Made by a program: the position numbers and the translations under genes. Below the pieces are notes generated by a model. That model saw only the letters and a list, made by a program, of their open reading frames with translations, was not told the DNA's origin and ran no database searches. A stretch of DNA of 64,000 bases from contig OZ076409.1 in NCBI GenBank assembly GCA_964187785.1, positions 26,476,001 to 26,540,000 on the forward strand, in the 5' to 3' direction. The DNA comes from Amphiscolops sp. MND2022. Its lineage: Eukaryota. Of the stretch, positions 1-12,599 are shown piece after piece (within the stretch, counting starts at the first letter, position 1; the number at the start of each line of letters is the position of its first letter).

Positions 1-3000
1 AAGAATGTGAAGAAACAATCGATGCCACCGAGCACTGCGACAAAAAGCTCGGCTATGATGTCTCCTGCGGAAGATGATGTCTCTTGAGTCGGTTAAACTG
101 GTAGTGAACACATGTGCGCCATTGGAAGAGTCCACCGGAGTGTATGTTCATATGAGTGTTTCATATTTTATTAAACATGATGATATTTCGAATGAACGTG
201 ACGTACTTTGAATATTTTTTTTGAAAACATGCATTACAGATGTTCTTGGAAATGGGCAAAAAATATTGTAAAGGACTGGCTTTAGCTGACGCTTAAGTTA
301 CCGCAGAACTATTGAACGGCTGCAGTGTAACGTCACACAAAGAGTTGCAAGCGAACAAGGACAACAAAAATTCCGAATTGGAAGACCATCTGACTGAAGA
401 GTACCAAATATCGTTGAAAGATTTTTTCCAACCGATCAAGTTCATTATTGACCGGCCAGACGTTATACAAGTCTTGACGTTTTCGCAAGAAGAGATGTGG
501 AAAAAAGTATCGGAATGAACTTAGCTGGGTTGTTGGCTAATATTCCAACATCTGAAGAGTTGCCAGCGGATGCTCATGTATCTCTGTTCCAGCGAAAAAA
601 AAGAACAATTGATGGTAGCGCCTTTGTCTTTCGTTGACCATTCTCGCTGGCCAAACTTATTTCACACTATAAATCAAGAAGTGATGTCACTCAGGTCTCT
701 TCGGACAAGGACGGAGGGTGAAAAAATAACTGAAGTATGGGCTGGAATATTTTGGCAATTACAACGAAGAATGTTTGTGTCCACATATAGAACACCATTC
801 AAAGGTGAAGATCTTTTGGAGTGTGTTGGCGATGCTCCGACCTTATACGGTCGCAAAATTGCCCGGAGGCTCTGGTCGAGAGAGGAGCTCAGTAACTCCA
901 TTATGTCCCCGGGGAAAAATTTGGAGTTCAGGGAGTATCCCCGCAGTCCCATGACTCCAACGCGGAAGCTCTCTTCCATGGTTAATAGTTTCATGGCGAG
1001 AATTGATTTGCGGAAGTAAAAAGTTCTGCATGTATCGTTGTAATTTGATGTTTTAACCTTAGGTCGATGCATTGTTTGAAAATATGCACGCTATAGATGC
1101 TTGTTCGAAAGTTTTTGTTTCGTTGATAATTTTTGTTTGCTCAGAGCGCGTTGAACACAAGTTCCTTTCCCTTCCGGGATGCTAGATCAAGTCCCGCAAC
1201 AGCGTCGACCATTTGGGAACGGAGCTGAAAAACAGTTCTAAGAACGTGAAGAAACAATCGATGCCACAGAGCACTGCGACAAAAAGCTCGGCTATGATGT
1301 CTCCTGCGGAAGATGATGTCTCCTGAGTCGGTTAAACTGGTAGTGAACACATGTGCGCCATTGGAAGAGTCCACCGGAGTGTATGTTCATATGAGTGTTT
1401 CATATTTTATTAAACATGATGATATTTCGAATGAACGTGACGTACTTTGAATATTTTTTTTGAAAACATGCATTACAGATGTTTTTGGAAATGAGCAAAA
1501 ATTATTGTAAAGGACTGGCTTTAGCTGACGTTTAAGTTACCGCAGAACTATTGAACGGCTGCAGTGTAACGTCACACAAAGAGTTGCAAGCGAACAAGGA
1601 CAACAAAAATTCCGAATTGGAAGACCATCTGACTGAAGAGTACCAAATATTGTTGAAAGATTTTTTACAACCGATCAAGTTCATTATTGACCGGCCAGAC
1701 GTTATACAAGTCTTGACGTTTTCGCAAGAAGAGATGTGGAAAAAGGTATCGGAATGAACTTAGCTGGGTTGTTGGCTAATATTCCAACATCTGAAGAGTT
1801 GCCAGCGGATGCTCATGTATCTCTGTTCCAGCGAAAAAAAGAACAATTGATGGTAGGGCCTTTGTCTTTCGTTGACCATTCTCGCTGGCAAAACTCATTT
1901 CACACTATAAATCAAGAAGTGATGTCACTCAGGTCTCTTCGGACAAGGACAGAGGGTGAAAAAAATAACTGAAGTATGGGCTGGAGTATTTTGGCAATTA
2001 CAACGAAGAATGTTTGTGTCCACATATAGAACACCATTCAAAGGTGAAGATCTTTTGGAGTGTGTTGGCGATGCTCCGACCTCATACGGTCGCAAAATTG
2101 CCCGGAGGCTCTGGTCGAGAGAGGAGCTCAGTAACTCCATTATGTCCCCGGGGAAAAATTTGGAGTTCAGGGAGTATCCCCGCAGTCCCATGACTCCAAC
2201 GCGGAAGCTCTCTTCCATGGTTAATAGTTTCATGGCGAGAATTGATTTGCGGAAGTAAAAAGTTCTGCATGTATCGTTGTAATTTGATGTTTTAACCTTA
2301 GGTCGATGCATTGTTTGAAAATATGCACGCTACAGATGCTTGTTCGAAAGTTTTTGTTTCGTTGATAATTTTTGTTTGCTCAGAGCGCGTTGAACACAAG
2401 TTCCTTTCCCTTCCGGGATGCTAGATCAAGTCCCGCAACAGCGTCGACCATTTGGGAACGGAGCTGAAAAACAGTTCTAAGAATGTGAAGAAACAATCGA
2501 TGCCACCGAGCACTGCGACAAAAAGCTCGGCTATGATGTCTCCTGCGGAAGATGATGTCTCCTGAGTCGGTTAAACTGGTAGTGAACACATGTGCGCCAT
2601 TGGAAGAGTCAACCGAAGTGTATGTTCATATGAGTGTTTTATATTTTATTAAACATGATGATATTCCGAATGAACGTGACGTAATTTGAATAATTTTTGG
2701 AAACATGCATTACAGATGTTCTAGGAAATGAGCAAAAATTATTGTAGAGAACTGGCTTTAGTTGACGTTTAAAGTTACCGCAGAACTATTGAACAGCTGC
2801 AGTGTAACGTCACTTGAATAGTTGCAAGCAAACAAGGACAACAAAAATTCCGAATTGGAAGACCATCTGACTGAAGAGTACCAAACATCGTTGAGCGATT
2901 TTTTCCAACTGATCAAGTTCATTATTCACTGGCCAGACGTTTTACAAGTCTTGACGTTTTCGCAAAAAGAGATGTGGGAAAAGGTATCGGAAAGAACTTA

Positions 3001-6000
3001 GCTGGGTTGTTGGCTAATATTCCAACATCTGAAGAGTTGCCAGCGGATGCTCATGTATCTGTGTTCCAGCGCAAAAATGAACAATTGGTGATAGGGCCTT
3101 TGTCTTTCGTTAACCATTCTCGCTGGCCAAATTCATTTCACACTATAAATCAAGAAGTGATGTCACTCAGGTCTCTTCGAACAAGGCAGGAGGGTGAAGA
3201 AATAACTGAAGTATGGCATGGAATAATTTGGGCAATTACAACGAGGAATGTTTGTGTCCACATATAGAACTCCATTCAAGGGTGAAGATCTTTTGGAGTG
3301 TGCTGGCGATGCTCCGACCTTATACGGTCGCAAAATTGCCCGAAAGCTCTGGTCGAGAGAAGAGCTCAGTAACTCCATTGTCCTCGGGGAAAGATTTGGA
3401 GTTCAGGGAGTATCCCCGCAGTCCCATGACACCGCCGCAAAAGCTCTCTTCCGTGGTTAATAGTTTCTTCGCGAGAATTGTTTTCCGTAAGTAAAAAGTT
3501 CTGCATGTATCGTTGTAATTTGATGTTTTAACCTTAGGTCGATGCATTGTTTGAAAACATGCACGCTATACATGCTTATTCGAAGGTTTTTATTTCGTTG
3601 ATATTTTTTGTTTGCTCAGAGCGCGTTGAACACAAGTTCCTTTCCGTTCCGGGATGCTAGATCAAGTCCCGCAACTGCGTCGACCATTCGGGAACGGAGC
3701 TGAAAAACCGTTCTAAGAATGTGAAGAAGCAATCGATGCCACCGAGCACTGCGACAACAAGCTCGGCTATGATGTCTCCTGTGGAAGATGATGTCTCCTG
3801 AGTCGGTTACATTGGCAATGAACACATGTGCGCCATTGGAAGAGTCAACCGAAGTGTATGTTCATATGAGTGTTTTATATTTTATTAAACATGATGATAT
3901 TCCGAATGAACGTGACGTACTTTGAATAATTTTTGGAAACATGCATTACAGATGTTCTTGGAAATGAGCAAAAATTATTGTAGAGAACTGGCTTTAGTGG
4001 ACGTTTAAGTTACCGCAGAAATATTGAACAGCTGCAGTGTAACGTAACTTAAATAGTTGCAAGCGAACAAGGACAACAAAAATTCCGAATTGGAAGACCA
4101 TCCGACTGAAGAGTACCAAACATCGTTGATTTTTTCCAACCGATCATGTTCATTATTCACCGGCCAGATGTTATACAAGTCTTGACGTTTTCGCAAGAAG
4201 AGATGTGGAAAAAGGTATCGGAATGAACTTAGCTGGGTTGTTGGCTAATATTCCAACATCTGAAGAGTTGCCACCAGATGCGCATGTATCTGTGTTCCAG
4301 CGCAAAAATGAACAATTGATGGTAGGGCCTTTGTCTTTCGTTAACCATTCTCGCTGGCCAAACTCATTTCACACTATAAATCAAGAAGTGATGTCATTCA
4401 GGTCTCTTCGGAAAAGGAAGGAGGGTGAAGAAATAACTGAAGTATGGGCTCGAGTATTTTGGCAATTACAACGAAGAATGTTTGTGTCCACATATAGAAC
4501 TCCATTCAAGGGTGAAGATCTTTTGGAGTGTGCTGGCGATGCTCCGACTTATACGGTCGCAAAATTGCCCGGAAGCTCTGGTCGAGAGAGGAGCTCAGTA
4601 ACTCCATTATGTCCCCGAAGAAAGATTTGGAGTTCAGGGAAAATCCCCGCAGTCCCATGACACCAACGCGAAAGCTCTCTTTCATGGGTAATAGTTTCTT
4701 TGCGAGAAATGTTTTCCGGAAGTAAAAAGTTCTGCATGTATCGTTGTAATTTGATGTTTTAATTTTAGGTCGATGCATTGTTTCAAAATATGCACGCCAT
4801 AGATGCTTATTCGAAAGTTTTTGTTTCGTTGATGTTTTCTGTTTGCTCAGAGCGCGTTGAACACAAGTTCCTTTCCGTTCCGGGATGCTATATCGAGTCC
4901 CGCAACAGCGTCGACCATTTGGGAACGGAGCTGAAAAACCGTTCTAAGAATGTGAATAAGCAATCGATGCCACCGAGCACTGCGACAACAAGCTCGGCTA
5001 TGATGTCTCCTGTGGAAGATGATGTCTCCTGAGTCGGTTACAAGGGTAATGAACACATGTGCGCCATTGGAAGAGTCAACCGGAGTGTATGTTCATATGA
5101 GTGTTTTATATTTTATTAAACATGATGATAATTCGAATGAACGTGACGTACTTTGAATAATTTTTGGAAACATGCATTACAGATGTTCCTGGAAATGAGC
5201 AAAAAATATTGTAAAGAACTGGCTTCAGCTGACGTTTAAGTTACCGCAGAACTATTGAACAGCTGCAGTGTAACGTCACACAAAGAGTTGCAAGCGAACA
5301 AGGACAACAAAAATTCCGAATTGGAAGACCATCTGACTGAAGAGTACCAAACATCGTTGAAAGATTTTTCCAACCGATCTAGTTCATTATTCACCGGTCA
5401 GATGTTATACAAGTCTTTACGTTTCCGCAAGAAGAGATGTGGAAAAGGTATTGGAATGAACTTAGCTGGGTTGTTGGCTAGTATTCCAACATCTGAAGAG
5501 TTGCCAGCGGATGCTCATGTTTTTCCAACCGATCAAGTTCATTATTCACCGGCCAACAGGCCAGACGTTATACAAGTCTTGACGTCTTCGCAAGAAGAGA
5601 TGTGGAAAAAGGTATCGGAATGAACTTAGCTGGGTTGTTGGCTGATATCCCAACATTTGAAGAGTTGCCAGCGGATGCTCATGTATCCGTGTTCCAGCGC
5701 AAAAATGAACAATTGATGGTAGGGCCTTTGTCTTTCGTTAACCATTCTCGCTGGCCAAACTCATTTCACACTATGAATCAAGAAGTGATGTCACTCAGGT
5801 CTCTTCGGACAAGGAAGGAGGGAGAAGAAATAACTGAAGTATGGGCTGGAGTATTTTGGCAATTACAACGAGGAATGTTTGTTTCCACATATAGAACTCC
5901 ATTCAAGGGTGAAGATCTTTTGGAGTGTGCTGGCGATGCTCCGACCTTATACGGTCGCAAAATTGCCCGGAAGATCTGGTCGAGAGAGGAGATCAGTAAC

Positions 6001-9000
6001 TCCATTATGTCCCCGGGGAAAGATTTGGAGTTGAGGGAGTATCCCCGCAGTCCCATGACACCAACGCGAAAACTCTCTTCCATGGTTAATAGTTTCTTCG
6101 CGACAACTGTTTTCCGGAAGTAAAAAGTTTTGCATGTATCGTTGTAAGTTTTAACCTTAGGTCGATGAATTGTTTGGAAATATGCACGCTATAGATGCTC
6201 ATTCGAAGGTTTTTGTTTGGTTGATATTTTTTGTTTGCTCAGAGCGCGTTGAACACAAGTTCCTTTCCGTTCCGGGATGCTAGATCAAGTCCCGCAACAG
6301 CGTCGACCATTTGAGAACGGAGCTGAAAAACCGCTCTAAGAATGTGAAGAAGCAATCGATGCCACCGAGCACGGCGACAACAAGCTCAGCTATGATGTCT
6401 CCTGCGGAAGATGATGTCTCATGAGTCGGTAAAATTGGTAGTGAACAGATGTGCGCCACTGGAAGAGTCAACCGGAATGTATCTCATATGAGTGTCTCAT
6501 CTTTTATCAAACATGATATTTCGAATGTACGTGACGTACTTTGAATATTTTTTTGAAAACATGCATTACAGATTGTTCTTGGAGATGAGCAAAAATTGTT
6601 GTAAAGAACTGGCTTTTGGTAACGCTTAAGTTACCGCAGAATTATTGAACGGCTGCAGTGTAACGTCACACAAAGAGTTGCAAGCGAACAAGGACAACAA
6701 AAATTCCGAATTGGAAGACCATCTGAGTGAAGAGTACCAAACATCGTTGAAAGATTTTTTCCAACCGATCTAGTTCATTATTCACCGGTCAGACGTTATA
6801 CAAGTCTTGACGTTTTCGCAAGAGGAGATGTGGAAAAAGGAATCGGAATGAACTTAGCTGGGTTGTTGGCTGATATTCCAACATCTGAAGAGTTGCCAGC
6901 GGTTCCTCATGTATCTGTGTTCCAGCGCAAAAATGAACAATTGATGGTAGGGCCTTTGTCTTTCGTTAACCATTATCGCGGGCCAAACTCATTTCACACT
7001 ATGAATCAAGAAGTGATGTCACTACGGTCTCTTCGGTCAAGGAAGGAGGGTGAAGAAATAACTGAAGTATGGCATGGAGTAATTTGGGCAATTACAACGA
7101 GGAATGTTTGTGTCCTCATATAGAACTCCATTCAAGAGTGAAGATCTTTTGGAGTGTGCTGGCGATGCTCCGACCTTATACGGTCGCAAAATTGCCCGGA
7201 AGCTCTGGTCGAGAGAGGAGCTCAGTAACTCCATTATGTCCCCGGGGAAAGATTTGGAGTTCAGGGAGTATCCCCGCAGTCCCATGACACCAACGCGAAA
7301 ACTCTCTTCCATGGTTAATAGTTTCTTCGCGAGAACTGTTTTCCGGAAGTAAAAAGTTTTGCATGTATCGTTGTAATTTGAAGTTTTAACCTTAGGTCGA
7401 TGAATTGTTTGGAAATATGCACGCTATAGATGCTTATTCGAAGGTTTTTGTTTGGTTGATAATTTTTGTTTGCTCAGAGCGCGTTGAACACAAGTTCCTT
7501 TCCGTTCCGGGATGCTAGATCAAGTCCCGCAACAGCGTCGACCATTTGAGAACGGAGCTGAAAAACCGCTCTAAGAATGTGAAGAAGCAATCGATGCCAC
7601 CGAGCACGGCGACAACAAGCTCGGCTATGATGTCTCCTGCGGAAGATGATGTCTCATGAGTCGGTAAAATTGGTAGTGAACACATGTGCGCCACTGGAAG
7701 AGTCAACCGGAATGTATCTCATATGAGTGTCTCATCTTTTATCAAACATGATATTTCGAATGTACGTGACGTACTTTGAATATTTTTTTGAAAACATGCA
7801 TTACAGATTGTTCTTGGAGATGAGCAAAAATTGTTGTAAAGAACTGGCTTTTGGTAACGCTTAAGTTACCGCAGAATTATTGAACGGCTGCAGTGTAACG
7901 TCACACAAAGAGTTGCAAGCGAACAAGGACAACAAAAATTCCGAATTGGAAGACCATCTGAGTGAAGAGTACCAAACATCGTTGAAAGATTTTTTCCAAC
8001 CGATCTAGTTCATTATTCACCGGTCAGATGTTATACAAGTCTTTACGTTTCCGCAAGAAGAGATGTGGAAAAGGTATTGGAATGAACTTAGCTGGGTTGT
8101 TGGCTAGTATTCCAACATCTGAAGAGTTGCCAGCGGTTCCTCATGTATCTGTGTTCCAGCGCAAAAATGAACAATTGATGGTAGGGCCTTTGTCTTTCGT
8201 TAACCATTCTCGCTGGCCGATTTCATTTCACACTATAAATCAAGAAGTGATGTCACTCAGGTCTCTTCGGAAAGGGAAGGAGGGTGAAGAAATAACTGAA
8301 GTATGTGCTCGAGTATTTTGGCAATTATAACGAGGAATGTTTGTGTCCACATATAGAACTCCATTCAAGGGTGAAGATCTTTTGGAGTGTGCTGGCGATG
8401 CTCCGACTTATACGTCGCAAAATTGCCCGGAAGCTCTGGTCGAGAGAGGAGCTCAGTAACTCCATTATGTCCCCGGGGAAAGATTTGGAGTTCAGGGAGT
8501 ATCCCCGCAGTCCCATGACACCAACGCGAAAACTCTCTTCCATGGTTATTAGTTTCTTCGCGAGAACTGTTCTTCCGGAAGTAAAAAGTTTTGCATGTAT
8601 CGTTGTAATTTGAAGTTTTAACCTTAGGGCGATGAATTGTTTGGAAATATGCACGCTATAGATGCTTATTCGAAGGTTTTTGTTTGGTTGATATTTTTTG
8701 TTTGCTCAGAGCGCGTTGAACACAAGTTCCTTTCCGTTCCGGGATGCTAGATCAAGTCCCGCAACAGCGTCGACCATTTGAGAACGGAGCTGAAAAACCG
8801 CTCTAAGAATGTGAAGAAGCAATCGATGCCACCGAGCACGGCGACAACAAGCTCAGCTATGATGTCTCCTGCGGAAGATGATGTCTCATGAGTCGGTAAA
8901 ATTGGTAGTGAACAGATGTGCGCCACTGGAAGAGTCAACCGGAATGTATCTCATATGAGTGTCTCATCTTTTATCAAACATGATATTTCGAATGTACGTG

Positions 9001-12000
9001 ACGTACTTTGAATATTTTTTTGAAAACATGCATTACAGATTGTTCTTGGAGATGAGCAAAAATTGTTGTAAAGAACTGGCTTTTGGTAACGCTTAAGTTA
9101 CCGCAGAATTATTGAACGGCTGCAGTGTAACGTCACACAAAGAGTTGCAAGCGAACAAGGACAACAAAAATTCCGAATTGGAAGACCATCTGAGTGAAGA
9201 GTACCAAACATCGTTGAAAGATTTTTTCCAACCGATCTAGTTCATTATTCACCGGTCAGACGTTATACAAGTCTTGACGTTTTCGCAAGAGGAGATGTGG
9301 AAAAAGGAATCGGAATGAACTTAGCTGGGTTGTTGGCTGATATTCCAACATCTGAAGAGTTGCCAGCGGTTCCTCATGTATCTGTGTTCCAGCGCAAAAA
9401 TGAACAATTGATGGTAGGGCCTTTGTCTTTCGTTAACCATTATCGCGGGCCAAACTCATTTCACACTATGAATCAAGAAGTGATGTCACTACGGTCTCTT
9501 CGGTCAAGGAAGGAGGGTGAAGAAATAACTGAAGTATGGCATGGAGTAATTTGGGCAATTACAACGAGGAATGTTTGTGTCCTCATATAGAACTCCATTC
9601 AAGAGTGAAGATCTTTTGGAGTGTGCTGGCGATGCTCCGACCTTATACGGTCGCAAAATTGCCCGGAAGCTCTGGTCGAGAGAGGAGCTCAGTAACTCCA
9701 TTATGTCCCCGGGGAAAGATTTGGAGTTCAGGGAGTATCCCCGCAGTCCCATGACACCAACGCGAAAACTCTCTTCCATGGTTAATAGTTTCTTCGCGAG
9801 AACTGTTTTCCGGAAGTAAAAAGTTTTGCATGTATCGTTGTAATTTGAAGTTTTAACCTTAGGTCGATGAATTGTTTGGAAATATGCACGCTATAGATGC
9901 TTATTCGAAGGTTTTTGTTTGGTTGATAATTTTTGTTTGCTCAGAGCGCGTTGAACACAAGTTCCTTTCCGTTCCGGGATGCTAGATCAAGTCCCGCAAC
10001 AGCGTCGACCATTTGAGAACGGAGCTGAAAAACCGCTCTAAGAATGTGAAGAAGCAATCGATGCCACCGAGCACGGCGACAACAAGCTCGGCTATGATGT
10101 CTCCTGCGGAAGATGATGTCTCATGAGTCGGTAAAATTGGTAGTGAACACATGTGCGCCACTGGAAGAGTCAACCGGAATGTATCTCATATGAGTGTCTC
10201 ATCTTTTATCAAACATGATATTTCGAATGTACGTGACGTACTTTGAATATTTTTTTGAAAACATGCATTACAGATTGTTCTTGGAGATGAGCAAAAATTG
10301 TTGTAAAGAACTGGCTTTTGGTAACGCTTAAGTTACCGCAGAATTATTGAACGGCTGCAGTGTAACGTCACACAAAGAGTTGCAAGCGAACAAGGACAAC
10401 AAAAATTCCGAATTGGAAGACCATCTGAGTGAAGAGTACCAAACATCGTTGAAAGATTTTTTCCAACCGATCTAGTTCATTATTCACCGGTCAGATGTTA
10501 TACAAGTCTTTACGTTTCCGCAAGAAGAGATGTGGAAAAGGTATTGGAATGAACTTAGCTGGGTTGTTGGCTAGTATTCCAACATCTGAAGAGTTGCCAG
10601 CGGTTCCTCATGTATCTGTGTTCCAGCGCAAAAATGAACAATTGATGGTAGGGCCTTTGTCTTTCGTTAACCATTCTCGCTGGCCGATTTCATTTCACAC
10701 TATAAATCAAGAAGTGATGTCACTCAGGTCTCTTCGGAAAGGGAAGGAGGGTGAAGAAATAACTGAAGTATGTGCTCGAGTATTTTGGCAATTATAACGA
10801 GGAATGTTTGTGTCCACATATAGAACTCCATTCAAGGGTGAAGATCTTTTGGAGTGTGCTGGCGATGCTCCGACTTATACGTCGCAAAATTGCCCGGAAG
10901 CTCTGGTCGAGAGAGGAGCTCAGTAACTCCATTATGTCCCCGGGGAAAGATTTGGAGTTCAGGGAGTATCCCCGCAGTCCCATGACACCAACGCGAAAAC
11001 TCTCTTCCATGGTTATTAGTTTCTTCGCGAGAACTGTTCTTCCGGAAGTAAAAAGTTTTGCATGTATCGTTGTAATTTGAAGTTTTAACCTTAGGGCGAT
11101 GAATTGTTTGGAAATATGCACGCTATAGATGCTTATTCGAAGGTTTTTGTTTGGTTGATATTTTTTGTTTGCTCAGAGCGCGTTGAACACAAGTTCCTTT
11201 CCGTTCCGGGATGCTAGATCAAGTCCCGCAACAGCGTCGACCATTTGAGAACGGAGCTGAAAAACCGCTCTAAGAATGTGAAGAAGCAATCGATGCCACC
11301 GAGCACGGCGACAACAAGCTCGGCTATGATGTCTCCTGCGGAAGATGATGTCTCATGAGTCGGTAAAATTGGTAGTGAACACATGTGCGCCACTGGAAGA
11401 GTCAACCGGAATGTATCTCATATGAGTGTCTCATATTTTATCAAACATGATATTTCGAATGTACGTGACGTACTTTGAATATTTTTTTGAAAACATGCAT
11501 TACAGATTGTTCTTGGAGATGAGCAAAAATTGTTGTAAAGAACTGGCTTTTGGTAACGCTTAAGTTACCGCAGAATTATTGAACGGCTGCAGTGTAACGT
11601 CACACAAAGAGTTGCAAGCGAACAAGGACAACAAAAGTTCCGAATTGGAAGACCATCTGACTGAAGAGTACCAAACATCGTTGAAAGATTTTTTCCAACC
11701 GATCAAGTTCATTATTCACCGGCCAACCGGCCAGACGTTATACAAGTCTTGACGTTTTCGCAAGAGGAGATGTGGAAAAAGGTATTGGAATGAACTTAGC
11801 TGGGTTGTTGGCTGATATTCCAACATCTGAAGAGTTGCCAGCGGTTCCTCATGTATCTGTGTTCCAGCGCAAAAATGAACAATTGATGGTAGGGCCTTTG
11901 TCTTTCGTTAACCATTATCGCGGGCCAAACTCATTTCACACTATAAATCAAGAAGTGATGTCACTACGGTCTCTTCGGTCAAGGAAGGAGGGTGAAGAAA

Positions 12001-12074
12001 TAACTGTGAAGTATGGGCCGGGGTATTTTGGCAGTTGCAACGAGGAATGTTTGGGTCCACATATAGAACTCCAT
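1..12074. repeat. Tandem macrosatellite, ~1.23-kb unit, ~9.7 copies in the window (probably continues upstream of position 1)
   Basis: The anchor 'aagaa(t/c)gtgaa' recurs at 1, 1240, 2479, 3715, 4946, 6338, 7573, 8805, 10040 and 11272 (periods 1239, 1239, 1236, 1231, 1392, 1235, 1232, 1235, 1232). Similarity stops abruptly after 'atagaactccat' at ~12074. Confidence 0.98.
5602..6123 (+). pseudogene. BEN-domain-like protein fragment; longest open copy in the macrosatellite (homologous copies at e.g. 570-1019, 1956-2258, 7104-7352, 9571-9819)
   Basis: Translation ...APTLYGRKIARKIWSREEISNSIMSPGK...RSPMTPTRK. A downstream segment in each unit (open in 4778-5032) reads ERVEHKF...YIESRNSVDHLGTELKNR. 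This matches the BEN pattern (aR.L...LFs.EEL..s...G....r..ld..k...v...f...i...in....). Copies carry different frameshifts and stops. Recognised by eye only. Confidence 0.6.
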
Positions 12075-12599
12075 GGGAGAAGTGTCGTGGTATCGAACCA
12101 GATCACAAGCAAGGGTGGCCGGTGAAAAGGTAGTGTCGTTGAATCTGAAGGCTTGAGAAGAAAAATTACAAAAAATGTCGGAAGCAAATGTTTCATCGCA
12201 AAGGTCTTTCAACCAAGCCTAGTTGATTATCGCTAGTTTTCGCTCAAAAAACATTCACCAGGTCAAAAAAAGAATTAGTTCGAAATGTATTAATACATTG
12301 TGAAAAAGGAGATCATTAGTACTTCCAATCTTTTAAAATTCGGTCTGTATTTATACTACAGGAATCGACTCGAAAAAAAATAGTTGCAATAATCAACTGG
12401 GAGGTACAGAAGTGTAAAACGTGTACGGAACATACCATTTGTGGCGTCGTTGGAAGGTACAGTTCTTCTCGAGGCAAGCAAATGAAGACAAAAGCAGAAA
12501 GTCAGCTATACGAAATACACTAGAAATACATAATCTGAGTCTTCTCTTCTACGCTCAGAATCCATGGATGTATTCGACGACAACTAATTTTCCGTTCAT

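Noticed and set aside
674..11405. Minus-strand ORFs in the macrosatellite (MHRPKVKT..., MEESFRVG..., MTLPVAH...)
   Set aside because: Antisense shadows of the plus-strand BEN-like frame with no motifs.
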